This document shows positions 37,715-49,420 of a DNA stretch of 64,000 nucleotides, in pieces. Both the position numbers and the translations under genes were made by a program. Every line of letters begins with the position of its first letter. The stretch's first letter is position 1. The DNA lies in assembly GCA_015680685.1 (NCBI GenBank), contig MNCI01001451.1:545919-609918 (forward strand). Reading direction: 5' to 3'. The notes under the pieces were generated by a model. It was not told where the DNA came from. It saw only the letters and a list, made by a program, of their open reading frames with translations, and did no database searches. Origin of the DNA: Gnetum montanum (taxonomy: Eukaryota > Plantae > Gnetophyta).

Positions 37715-39672
37715 TACATCACTTTTTGTTTTACACTATCATTAGTACATGTAAATTTTTCTTAAATATTTTATACTTTTTTATATATTTTACTTTATGT
37801 TAGTGTGATTTTATAATTTCTATTAATAAACATGCTTCATGCCAATAAGACATTGTGGTGTTGTAGCTCTTACTAATGGTGTTGTGTGCTTAATGTTGTT
37901 TGCTAATGTCTGGTTTCTATTTTTAAATTTTTGTACCAATGGCTAAGACATGGTTTCTTTTTCATGGAATAGGCAATGAGTCCATGACATGCACTCATCC
38001 TAAAAAATCTATGGCTTTTCTTATTTTAACAATATGAGGTCCCTTTCATTAAATAACCCTTTAATAAATTTGTGACCTTGGTGGTTTCTAGATTTAGGAA
38101 TGATTCAAAGGTTTTCATAGTGTGTGACTTCAAGGGGACTCAATACTCTTTGTACTCTTCTACTTACTTGGGTGCATCAATATTTTCATGGATTTCTTAC
38201 CATTACATGTTGACCATAAATAGGAAGTTAAATAAATCTTTGCATGGTATGGTTCCCATAAAAAGAAATAAATAAATACAAAATAAAAAACAAACAAACA
38301 AAATCATGGAAATTCAATGCACACCCCTAACACAAATAAATGAGCTACAAGCACTAGTTATTGGACTAGAAAGACATGTTACCCATGCCTAAATGTCTCT
38401 TATACCTAAGGTCCTTTCTCATTTTTTGCTTCTCTTTTCTTCTCTTTAAGGAATAGTGGTTGTTTTGTGGGAGCACTCTTGTGTCTCAAGGGGATGGATA
38501 GGTCTTGGAGTAGCAATGTGAAGTCATTGAAAGTGGTTTATTTTGGTCTAAACTGAGGATGGATCTTCTCAAGTCATTTAAACACAAATTCCCAAGGGAC
38601 TTCTTATGACCTTAATTTGGAACTCCATTCCACCTTCTCCATCATCCATCCATGCTACCCATAACTCACCTCATTTCTAGTGTTCATGTTCTTGTTTGAT
38701 TTCTTTGTTTGGTGTATGTGAACTCTTTGGTAGAATATTTTGGGTTTTATCTCTTAACTTTCATAAATCATTAATCACCTATGGGGTCCACATACTCCTT
38801 AGGTTAAGGTTATACAAGGGAAAATAGGGCATGTGCCTACTATGGGGAGGACCCACTTGCAAATTTATTGGTTGGGTTTGTTAAGCACATTATCCTTAGG
38901 CATTATTGTAATCAAAATCTTTTATGCATCCATCTTCTACATTCAACCATGTGCTCCTTTAATAATTTTCTCCAATTCACATATTCTCCATCAAATTTTT
39001 GAATTTTTGAACTTTCAAAGATCCTCTTCAATGATTTCATCATATTCTTGGCTTTTCTAGGACTCCATGAATCCCAAACTCATGTAAAAATTCCTTGTAT
39101 TTTTTGAAATATTCAAATTTGAAAATTTTATTTACAGAATCCATAAACAAAGCCCCATCAATAGAGCCCATGCATATATGTAGCCCCATATATGCAGCTT
39201 TGTTGACATAGTGCAAAAATCCTATATATATGCATGACCCCTTTAGAAATTTTTACATTTTCTCTCAAACGCCCAAGGATTTTTTGCAAGTTTTAGAGCC
39301 TAGAACCTTTAAGAGCTAATAACTTTCTAACTATTTTTTTGAATCATTCCATTCTTTCACCCTGTAGCTCATGAAGGTAAGCTCTTAGTCATGGGGATCA
39401 CAAACATATCATTTTTTTTACAGAAAATGTTTTGACATTTTTCTAACTCCCACAAAGGTTTAACTAAGGAATGAACATTAAAATACCAAATTACAAAAGT
39501 TAAACCTTTTAAATAAGCTCTAGTGATACTTAAAATAAAAAATTAATCAATAAAATAGTCAATCTACCATGGTCCAACTCTAGCCACATGTAACTAATTA
39601 ACGAGATAAGGTATCCAAATATTTTAAGTCACACATTATATCTACTAATTCATAGATGTGTTCTGACCACAG

Positions 39673-42160
39673 ATGGCATCAAAAGGTAAACCCACATAGA
39701 AAGGAGAACCATCTCAACCAAGGGAAAAATAGCCAAGAATAAGAAGGGGCCAAAAATAGCCCCAAGAAGAATTGCTCACAATCCATGCTATGGGGCCTCT
39801 TAGGGAAGAGGCCAAAGTGGTGTCTATTTGTTAGATTCCAAAATAAGTGGTGGCAATAGAACATTCCCATTAGGACAAGGTACTAGTTCAACATGTGAAT
39901 CTTGAGGTGACCTTGAAAAAAGCCTACCTAAACCAAATTAGACCAAGGGAGGTCTACAAGACAGTGTTTCAAGAGTTGAACTTTGGCTCTTTCTTAGAGC
40001 AAGCACTTAAAGAAGTACATTATCACTTCTAGTGGGGAGTGGTACATGGGAGAGATGTTCCTATTTTGGAGCAATAGGTAGGTAGGTTCAATGGTCAAGA
40101 TCAAAGATATTTCAATGTTCTAGTCTGTGTGAGCCATTGTAGAGACACTCGAGTTGCCTAAAACTGGGGCAAATCACACCAAGATTCCAATGCAAGCAGA
40201 TCCCAACATCAAAAATAAATGGATTCAATGGTGCTATGGTATTGAACACAAGGAGTAAAATGTGCTCACACTAGAAGAAAGAATTCATTACAAGATTACA
40301 AAATTTTGCCTAAATCCCATAGTGAGGCCTAGTAAGATCACTACCTTTTCTACCCATCTGTGTGCCACTCTAAGTGAAAGATTCCTAGTCAACCTTCCAT
40401 AGCTAATCTATTTGGAGATAGATAAGTAGTTCAAGGAGAATGAACAAGGAAGGAAGGTACTCCCCTTTCCATGCCTCATTAGAAAACTATGTTAAAGGGG
40501 AGGAATAGCCCACTATATTAATGATGCTATTTGATGTACTTTGACCACTAATTAGATGAAGATGATGAAGGATACAACTCCTGCAACAATAATCCAAGAA
40601 GAGGAGCAATAGCTACCACCTCCAACTACCACTCAAAAAATAGTGCTAGCCTTCATTACAACATCCCAATAGTTGCATGAGTTTTGAGGATGGATCTTGA
40701 GTGAGAAAGAGCAATAGGTAGGCATAAGAGGCACAAACCCATCTGTGTACCACCCCATGAGGAGTCACCTAAATGAGGCAGCCCAAACTATTAGCCTAAT
40801 GAGGAAGTTAGATTCATTTTCTCTACCCAATGAATATAGTTGTCCACAAGGTTAAATTCTAGTGCTAGAAAGATAATAGTATCTTTCCCAGAATAGCAAC
40901 AACTCTTAGAGATTTCTGAAAATGTTGTGACCTTTTCAGTATGCTTGGAGGAGGGCAAAGGGGCAATAGTTCTAATGATGTAGCACTAAGGGCAAGAAAA
41001 AATAATAGAGTTGGTTACTGAAAAAATCACCAAAATACTTAATGCACCTATAGTGTCTATACTAGATGTCACTGCACTTAAAGATGTGAAAATGTTTGCA
41101 GGAACCATAAGTGGTAGACTAAGCATAGCACAACATGAACAACTACTGGACTACCTGGTAGGAACTGAACAACCACTTCTGTATGTCTTTGATCTACCAG
41201 ATAGTATAACTACAACCTAGTTAGATCTACCAGAGGCAAGGTGTAAGAACATTATTTTGGAAGGTAACTCAAGATAGCCAAGAAGCTGAATGAATGCTTT
41301 GCTAAATAAGTTGTTGATCTAGGAGCCCAAATTATTGACCCTCCATTTATGAACCTAGCATTAACAGGAGATGAATCTCTTGAATAGTTTCATACAAGGT
41401 TGAAAGGGGTTGAGGATGTGATGGAGACAACTGTGTTCTACTAATCTTTGGTAGAGGCCACCTAGCATAACATTTAGAAGGCTTTGGATCTAACCCACTA
41501 GGAGAATGTTTAGTTGATTGTAGAAAACCATTTCATATGAAACATTTATCCATCAATAGCAATAGCAACTAGCTAGAGAAAATACAGAGTTAAGGAGATC
41601 AGTAGCCAAGAATAGAAACCTCTTCATGGAGGAGGTTTGTTCCCTTTGCCAGAACACTGCAATAGAAGTAGCCATCTAGAAATTAAAGGCTCTTAAATTT
41701 GAGAGACTCAAAAGTCACTACAAAGATCAGGTTAGCTTATAGAAGGAGATAAATGAGAAACACATTCAAGTGGTGAAGGCAAAGGTAAATGAGACCCTCT
41801 AGCAACTCCAACAAGAACATGAATTATGTCAGTCCATTGTTAATCAGATTGATCAATACAATAAAGTAGAAATTCACTTGAAGGATTTGTAGATAGAGGA
41901 TATGACCAAATACATGAAGCTCGCCAACCTTTGATACGTAAACTTGGCTATGTTGATTGCCAGATGGTCATGGTTGGAACTAGAAAAGTAGGTGGCCAAC
42001 TAATACCTATTGTATGAGGCCAAGTTCAAGCACCACAAGAACACCAAGAAAAAGCTTGTGATGGAAAATGATGAACTTGAGGTTCTTGAGGAAAAATATA
42101 CTGATTAGAGGTTCACTACCAAGGGCCTGGTCAAAAAAATGAATGACTACCAAGAGTTGT
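39673..42160 (+). pseudogene. env-like ORF of a second Athila-like element B, interrupted by E5
   Basis: Homologous to 33921-36644 (AIVETLELPKTG, LTLEER, LPFPCLIRKL, ANL*YVNLAML). The upstream non-coding region is also homologous. Confidence 0.65.
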
Positions 42161-42946
42161 TGTTGCAACCAAAAACCTTGGTCATTGGAAAAACCAAGGA
42201 TCCTTATTATAACAATTTCCCAACCCCAAATCCATAGGTCCTTTGCAAGAAAAATGAAATTGGAGGTACCCTGGCTAGTCTGGTAGATCAACCAGGGACT
42301 TATGAAATGCAAAATGTAGAAATAAAAGGAAATGGTGTAAAATTGATAGTAGATTTGAAATAATGCATAGAAGATAAACAAGTATATTTCATATACAAAA
42401 CCAAAAACTTAAAAACTTCATTGAGAAAGAAAATAAAGAATAAGTTCAATAAATATATACAAATAGTGCCTGAGTGGGTAGAAAAAGGAAGTTCACTAGT
42501 GTAGGAGTTCAAAGCCCATTGATGCCAATGAGATCTCCTCCACAATCCAGGTACTAAGCCACTTTTGATGTTATCAAACCTTTCTCAACTATTGCAACCT
42601 TAAATATACAAGTTGGTCACCACTGGGGGGTGAGAAGAGTGGAAAATTTGGATGCTAGATTCTTCACACTAGGGTTTGGGAATCCTAGAGGTGTAGTGTT
42701 GACACCAAAAATTTAAATTTTGACCCCCCAAGCCTAAATATAGATATTAGATGAATTTTTTCACTTGGGGAATGAGGTTGTGACCACTTATGAGGTATTT
42801 TTCAGCCCCAAAAGTATAAAGTATGTGAAATTACCCACTGTGGATTACAATTTTCAAACTTACAATGAAGTTTTACCTTGGGTTTCATGGGATGAGAGCT
42901 ACATGACGAAGATTAACTATAACATGCAAATTTTTATGGTGTTTCA
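42161..42946 (-). repeat. 3' LTR of E5 (about 0.79 kb)
   Basis: Minus strand TGAAACACC...ggttgcaaCA, with the family LTR-end motif near 42265. Confidence 0.78.
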
Positions 42947-43525
42947 ATGGCCCCTCTTTGTTGGTGCTTGGAGGATTGACATCAATAAAGAATGCAAAAC
43001 ATCACTACATATTATAATACCATAGTGCATGTAGGTCATGTGAGAATTAGGCTATCTAGGTCACCAAGGTTACTAGTTTAAGGCCATGGTGAACCATGGT
43101 ACTAGTTTAAGGCCTTAGTAGGCCATGTTGCTAGGTTAAGGTCTTAGCGGACCGTTGAAAGTAGGCTCGGTTGTTGGTGATTTTTCGCTACATGTAGTAT
43201 GTCTTTAGATAGAAATGATTGATTGACTTAGCCAACTCATTCCCATTCATGCCAACTATTCTAAATGCTTCATTCTTGTAGGCTCTCATGATAAGGAAGG
43301 GTCCTTCCTAGTTACCTAAGAATTTGTCTACATGCTCACAAATGACCTTGATGACTAGGTTCCCCTCCTTGATCTTGTGCATGGTCAAGTCATGATGATG
43401 TTGTCACTTCTATCTTTCTTGATAGTGCTCGATGTGAGAAAGCACTTGCATATGACACTCCACTAAATCTAGATCTTCCATCTACAACTCCTTGTTTTGG
43501 TCAATGTTGATGAAGTTGTTCAAGT
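42161..43525 (-). mobile_element. 3' fragment of Tat element E5 (integrase tail, motif array, PPT, 3' LTR)
   Basis: Minus strand EGDLVIKVICEHVDKF...GNELAKSINHFYLK at about 43190-43400; array at 43070-43155; PPT at 42947-42962. Confidence 0.82.
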
Positions 43526-45040
43526 CTACTTAGAGCAATGGCACCTACAATTCAAGAGGTAAAACAACTTCAAAACCATAAATAAGGCTATTGGAAAACC
43601 ACCAAATTTGGACCATGCATCTAAATTGCAAATTTGTCTAAGTGTTAGCTTAAGGCCACTTTTGCAAATTTTTCTAAGTGTAGTCAACCCAATGGAGAGA
43701 ATAGTTAGCTCAAAACCATTTTTTGTAGATTTTCTAAGTGTTGAGACTATGCTCTCCACTACCCTAGAGTGTAGTCAACGTTGTGGAGAGCATATTTACA
43801 CAAAGGCCAGTTTTGCAAATTTTTCTAAGTGTGAAGCCAACTACTATAGAATTTTCTAAGTGCTAAGACTACGCTCTCCACTACCTTGGAGTGTAGTTAA
43901 GAGTAGTCAATAGGGAGGCCTAGTTTCTTGTAGATTTTTCTAAGTGTTGAGACTACACTCCCCACTACCATGGAGCATAGTCAAGCGTAGTCAACTGGAA
44001 GCCAATTTTTTGCAAGTTTTGACATGTGCTAGGACTATGCTCATGCTTAGTAAGAAGTGTAGTTAGCCTCCAATGGAGAGAATAGTCAGCACATAGCTAG
44101 TTTTTGTAAAAGTTTTTCTAAGTACTGGACTATGCTCTCCCCTAGTTCAAAGCGTAGTTAAGCATAGTTAGCCAGAATAGCCTTCGAAGGCCTCCACAAC
44201 ATAGCATTGGCACTCAGCTTAGCTTTGACTCACCTCCAACAAGTGTAGTTGAAAAAATGCATTTTTTTGTATCCCCTTTTGTCCCCAAATTGTAATTATG
44301 CTTGACCCCACTCAAGACATTGGATAGCATAGTCCTGAAGTGTAGTATCCAAAGTTGCATTTTTCAGGTACATTGTGGTCCTCTCAACACATACACATGC
44401 ACTTGGTAGCATAGTCACAATCTTGCAGTCTCATAAAGTCTGATAGAACAAAGCATAGCATAACACCACTAGCCCTAGTGAAGAGCGTAGTTGGGTGATG
44501 GTGTAGTCTTGACTATCCCATTGCTACATGGCAGTCTCTCCACATTTCACACAAGACCTAACCTTATAAATACCCCTACTCTCAATGTTTTAGAGGTTGG
44601 AAAAAATTTGAAGCATTGACACATTTGGGTTAGTAAGAAAGGCATTCTAGTGAACTAGATATAGGCAAAGTCATAAACCACTGTAGGACACTATAGCCCA
44701 CTATGCATTTTCAACATTTTTACTTGCATTTTTTTACCATTTTAGCACATAACCATGCTTGGGTAGTGGTCCTAGCACATTGACACCTTTGTTTCTTGCT
44801 AAAACCTTTGACTATGCTCATCCTCATTGATACCAAGTGAACACTTAGCCTCATTTTGCATTAGCATCATAGCTAACTATGCTGCACACCCGATTGCATT
44901 TGGTAAGTCCCTGTTGAATCAACATGACCATTTAGGTTACGTAGTCTCTACCTCTAGTAGACCCTCATGTGAATGCAAGGTCAAACTGTGCATCCATGAA
45001 CGCCTCAGTGTTCTAGCCACTAATGTTTTTGGTTGCTACA
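43526..45040 (+). repeat. 5' LTR of E3 (start missing; GACTACGCT arrays at 43680-44520; TATA near 44564)
   Basis: Ends ggttgctaCA and is followed by the PBS; ccttataaatacccc. Confidence 0.78.
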
Positions 45041-45046
45041 ATTTTC

Positions 45047-45063
45047 TAGTGCTAGAAGAAGGG
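45047..45063 (+). promoter_or_regulatory. Primer binding site of E3, tRNA-Asn type
   Basis: tagtgctagaagaaggg, a decayed TGGCGCTAGAAGGAGGG. Confidence 0.75.
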
Positions 45064-45552
45064 TTGGATCATTTTCCTCTTTCAGACTTCTTTCATGGTT
45101 ATCTCACATTCTCTCTATGTCACCATTACTAGCTTCAGGCTCACATAGACCCAACACCCAAATGGACCTATTGCATGTGTGGTAGTAGCTAGATCTTAGG
45201 CCAATGTAGGCATTGTCTACCAACTAGTTGGTGTACACTAGACCTCATTGTTGGTTCCCCTAGAACCCTGCATTGCAACCATGGAGCATCCATTCCCATA
45301 GTTAGCTAAATTCTAGGTGCTTGGTAGAGAGCATAGTTAGCTCTCAACATAGAGAGCATAGTCACCAAAGTTAGTCATTTTTATAGTTTCTAGACTTAGT
45401 CATTTTTCTACAGTTTTCAAAGTTAGTCATTTTTTGCAACCAACAGTGTTAGCCATTTTTTTTGCAATTTCTAACCTGCATACATGAGTTCTAAGCAACC
45501 TTCAACATTAGTTCTGAGCACACTCACTACCTTGCCAACCCAACAAGAAAAC

Positions 45553-47328
45553 ATGATTGACCACCCTCCCAGTCCCATCATGAAGGCAATCCCTTAGGTT
45601 GCACGGCCAAGACCCCACATATACCGCACTAAACAATGAACAATGTAACTTCATCTATGCAAAGATCTGAGTGGGCCTATTTGTAGACTGCTTGTACATG
45701 GAAGCCAAGTGGGGCTACGAGCTCATTCACTAGAATAGATGGGAGTATATCCCCTCCCCCATTCACTTCATCCCACTAACGGAATCCTACTAGTGGATAC
45801 TTGCCTAACTTGTTTGAATAAGTGAGCATGAAGTAGGGATAGATTACAAGGAATCCCTGTAAGAAGAGCAAGATGAGTTTGAAGTTTGTTTTGAGCACGA
45901 GGACTCCTTCCACACTATCTTTCAATGAATAAGCCCAAGTATGACCTTCCCATAGTTCCATCCACTTATCTTTCTTGAGACATTCATAGCCCCATCATCA
46001 CCTTCCAGGTTAATGCCTATGGTAGTAACATACCAAATGTAGCATACACATCAAGATGGACTTCCTTTGCCCTTCATGGCACTGTTGCAACCTACCTAGT
46101 CATTGCTACCAGCAACAATCATGCCTACTTAGCCTTACATTCGCATCGTGGTTGTCTCCTAACCCTAGATGACTCAGGCACCCTATGTCTTTCTTGCTTC
46201 ATTGGCACCCAATCACTAGGCCCATAGCATAGCCAACATAGCAAGCACCTCACATGGTCCCACAACCTACAACTAGGTAATGAACCACATAACCAACACA
46301 GTGGGTAGCACAACTAGCCCAGTTTACTGCAGCATACCAAAGCTTGGATCAAGCATTCCAACTAATCCAAACCTTGATAGAAGAGGTCAAGTGGCTCAAG
46401 GTCACCTCCTCTGAAATAGTTCAAGTAGTGGAATTCTACTACGATGATCCCATAAGTCCTGCTATTCCACCATTGACTCTACCAACTGGGATCCCATTGC
46501 CCCACTTCACAAAGTACAATAGTGAAGGGAACCCAAATGCACACTTGGTGACATTTAAGTTTGAGTGCCTACTATTGCAAGCATTTCCACATGCCATCAT
46601 ATGCATTATTGCCATGTCGCTAACTAGCAAGGCATTGGACTAGTACCGAGCACTATCCCGGGGCTCTATCTCCTCTTTGGAGGATTTGCTAAGCTAGTTT
46701 TTCATGTGCTTCAAGTACAAATTGAGGCCTAAAACCACCATTGACCAGCTGATGTAGATTAAGTAGGGCCATCTAGAGCTCATGAAAAAATTTATCCAAT
46801 GCTAGAATGCCTCATTGAATGAAATTCGAGAGCTAATAACTGAGATGCACCTCCTGGTCATCTTCAAGGATGCAATCAATGACTTCATCAAGTTCAAATT
46901 GTACTACTTGGCCTCATAGTCCCTAAGCCAAGTATTTACCTAGACTAAGAGCATATAGTACATAGTAGAAGCCAACAAGGACCTAGCCTATGTGGCCTAT
47001 AAAAACTTACATGCCAAAAAGGATAAGGATAAGTGGAAGCAAACTACAACCATGGTAGCTGTAGCCAAGGAGGCTAAAATAGCCAACTTGAGGCCAATGG
47101 CCAAGCCTCCCAAGGCCCTGGCCAATAATCAAGCCACCAGCCCTAGCACCGCAGTAACCAACCAACCTACATTATCAGTGGCCATAGCACAAGCCACTCT
47201 AAGGTCCAATTGTGAGCACAAGAATCACTCAAAGTATATCCCACTACCATTGAAACCTTCAGAACTGTTGGAACAACTACTAATGGATGGACATATCTAG
47301 TCTAAGCATATATTTGAAGATGCTCCCA
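45553..47328 (+). pseudogene. gag: gag of E3, 5' part
   Basis: LPHFTKYNSEGNPNAHLVTFKFEC...SLTSKALD; KYIPLPLKPSELLEQL. Confidence 0.85.
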
Positions 47329-47339
47329 GGCCCTTTGGA

Positions 47340-48607
47340 ATGCATGTTGATGACAATACCAAATCAAACATGATTGAAGAAAGAATCCATCAGGATGGCT
47401 ACGGAGATGGGAACTACAGCAGCGACGGCAGATATGGCAGCGACAGCTGCGACGGCTGATACGGTCGCGACTATGGCGGCTGCTACGACTACGACTATGG
47501 CAGCAGCAACCACGGCAGCGTCTATGGCGGCAGCAACCACGGCCGCGACTACGGCGGCAGCAACCACGGCCGCGACTTCGGCGGCTGCGACTACGGCCAC
47601 CGCCACCATGGCAACGACTCTAGCAGCAGTAGCAACGACTACAGCTACAACCAACACGACAGCAACTATGGCGGCATCGACCTCTGGGACAATGACCCCC
47701 GCAACGGTGACCCCGGCGATGGCTGACACCGCGACCCCTACGGCTACGGCAGCAGGGCTCCCTGGGACTGCGCCCTCGGGGACGGCTGGCATCGCGGCAG
47801 GGGTGGCCGCATCACCTTGCGGAGCCATCGAGGCTCATTCACGTTCCAACAACACCCTGCTCCTTCGCATCCGTAACCCCCCTACCGAAGGCGTTCGTAC
47901 CATGGAATGGAGCCTCATCAGTCGTTTCATCTCCCGGGGGAGCCGTCCCCGGCTTGACCTGATACGCCGCTAGGTCAAGGAGCAGTGGAAAATGGAGGAC
48001 GTTACAGTCTGGAGCCTCTCGGAGGACCTACTCCTCTTTGTCCTCCCCTCCTTGCAGGCCCGCGACTCCATTCTTCTCGGCGGGCCTTGGTTCTATGGGG
48101 CCCGTGGTCTTGCATTGACCCCCTAGCGCCCCGGTGCCCACAGAGAACCCGACATGTTTACCTGCGCCCCAGTCTGGATCCGGGTGGCCGGTATCCTGTG
48201 GGAGTTATGGAGCCTTGAGTTCTTGCAGGAGGTGGCGGGGCATTTCGGCGAGTTCATCGCCTTCGATAGGGTCATGCAGTCGCTGGACCGGTTGGGCTTT
48301 GCCCGCTTCTGTGTCTGGCGAAACCTGACAACGACCGACCTCGTCTGGAAGGTCGTCTTGGAACTCCCAGGAGGGGAGGAATCTCTCCAAATTACCTATG
48401 AAAACATGGATGCTTGGGACCAGATGCTGCACAGCACGGCCCCCCGCACGGACTAGCCGGGTAGGTGCGGATGCTGTGCTAAGCTGGGCCATCGTGAGGC
48501 AGACTGTCGGTTTCGTAGGCCCCAACCGACTAACCTGGCCTGCCAACTTTTTGAGGAGGGCAACTGGGTCACCATGGGCCGTAAGGGCCGACTGCGCCCC
48601 CCGCCCA
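47340..48607 (+). pseudogene. LINE ORF1: low-complexity N-terminus, DUF4283, CCHC zinc knuckle
   Basis: WSLISRF...ARDSILLGGPWF...APVWIRV...FARFCV; CGCCAKLGHREADC at 48466-48507. Runs into an N gap. Confidence 0.88.
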
Positions 48608-49420
48608 NNNNNNNNNNNNNNNNNNNNNNNNNNNNNNNNNNNNNNNNNNNNNNNNNNNNNNNNNNNNNNNNNNNNNNNNNNNNNNNNNNNNNNNNNNNNN
48701 NNNNNNNNNNNNNNNNNNNNNNNNNNNNNNNNNNNNNNNNNNNNNNNNNNNNNNNNNNNNNNNNNNNNNNNNNNNNNNNNNNNNNNNNNNNNNNNNNNNN
48801 NNNNNNNNNNNNNNNNNNNNNNNNNNNNNNNNNNNNNNNNNNNNNNNNNNNNNNNNNNNNNNNNNNNNNNNNNNNNNNNNNNNNNNNNNNNNNNNNNNNN
48901 NNNNNNNNNNNNNNNNNNNNNNNNNNNNNNNNNNNNNNNNNNNNNNNNNNNNNNNNNNNNNNNNNNNNNNNNNNNNNNNNNNNNNNNNNNNNNNNNNNNN
49001 NNNNNNNNNNNNNNNNNNNNNNNNNNNNNNNNNNNNNNNNNNNNNNNNNNNNNNNNNNNNNNNNNNNNNNNNNNNNNNNNNNNNNNNNNNNNNNNNNNNN
49101 NNNNNNNNNNNNNNNNNNNNNNNNNNNNNNNNNNNNNNNNNNNNNNNNNNNNNNNNNNNNNNNNNNNNNNNNNNNNNNNNNNNNNNNNNNNTAGGGGAAT
49201 GGGTCAACGTCATTCGGAGGAGCACCCAGACCAGACAACGCAAAGCATCGCAGTCCCCAGCTGAGGAAACTGGTTGCACCTCTGTGGTCCGTGAGGGGGA
49301 GGGGTGCCCAGGCCGCCCGACCGAGTCCCGATCCAGAAGTCGACAAGCCCAACGACACATCGACTTGGGTCAATAGCAGACCTTACGGGAGGTCTACCAG
49401 TGCCACACCTCTGGTTGCGC

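Noticed and set aside
33921-42160. Two tandem env-like genes in one element
   Set aside because: A PPT and a TGATAAG...CTTATCA LTR (36831-37714) lie between them, so they belong to two elements.
47364-47828. Ala/Val-rich minus-strand ORF
   Set aside because: It is a shadow of the low-complexity plus-strand repeat region.
48608-49191. Long ORFs spanning this interval
   Set aside because: They are artefacts of an N gap.
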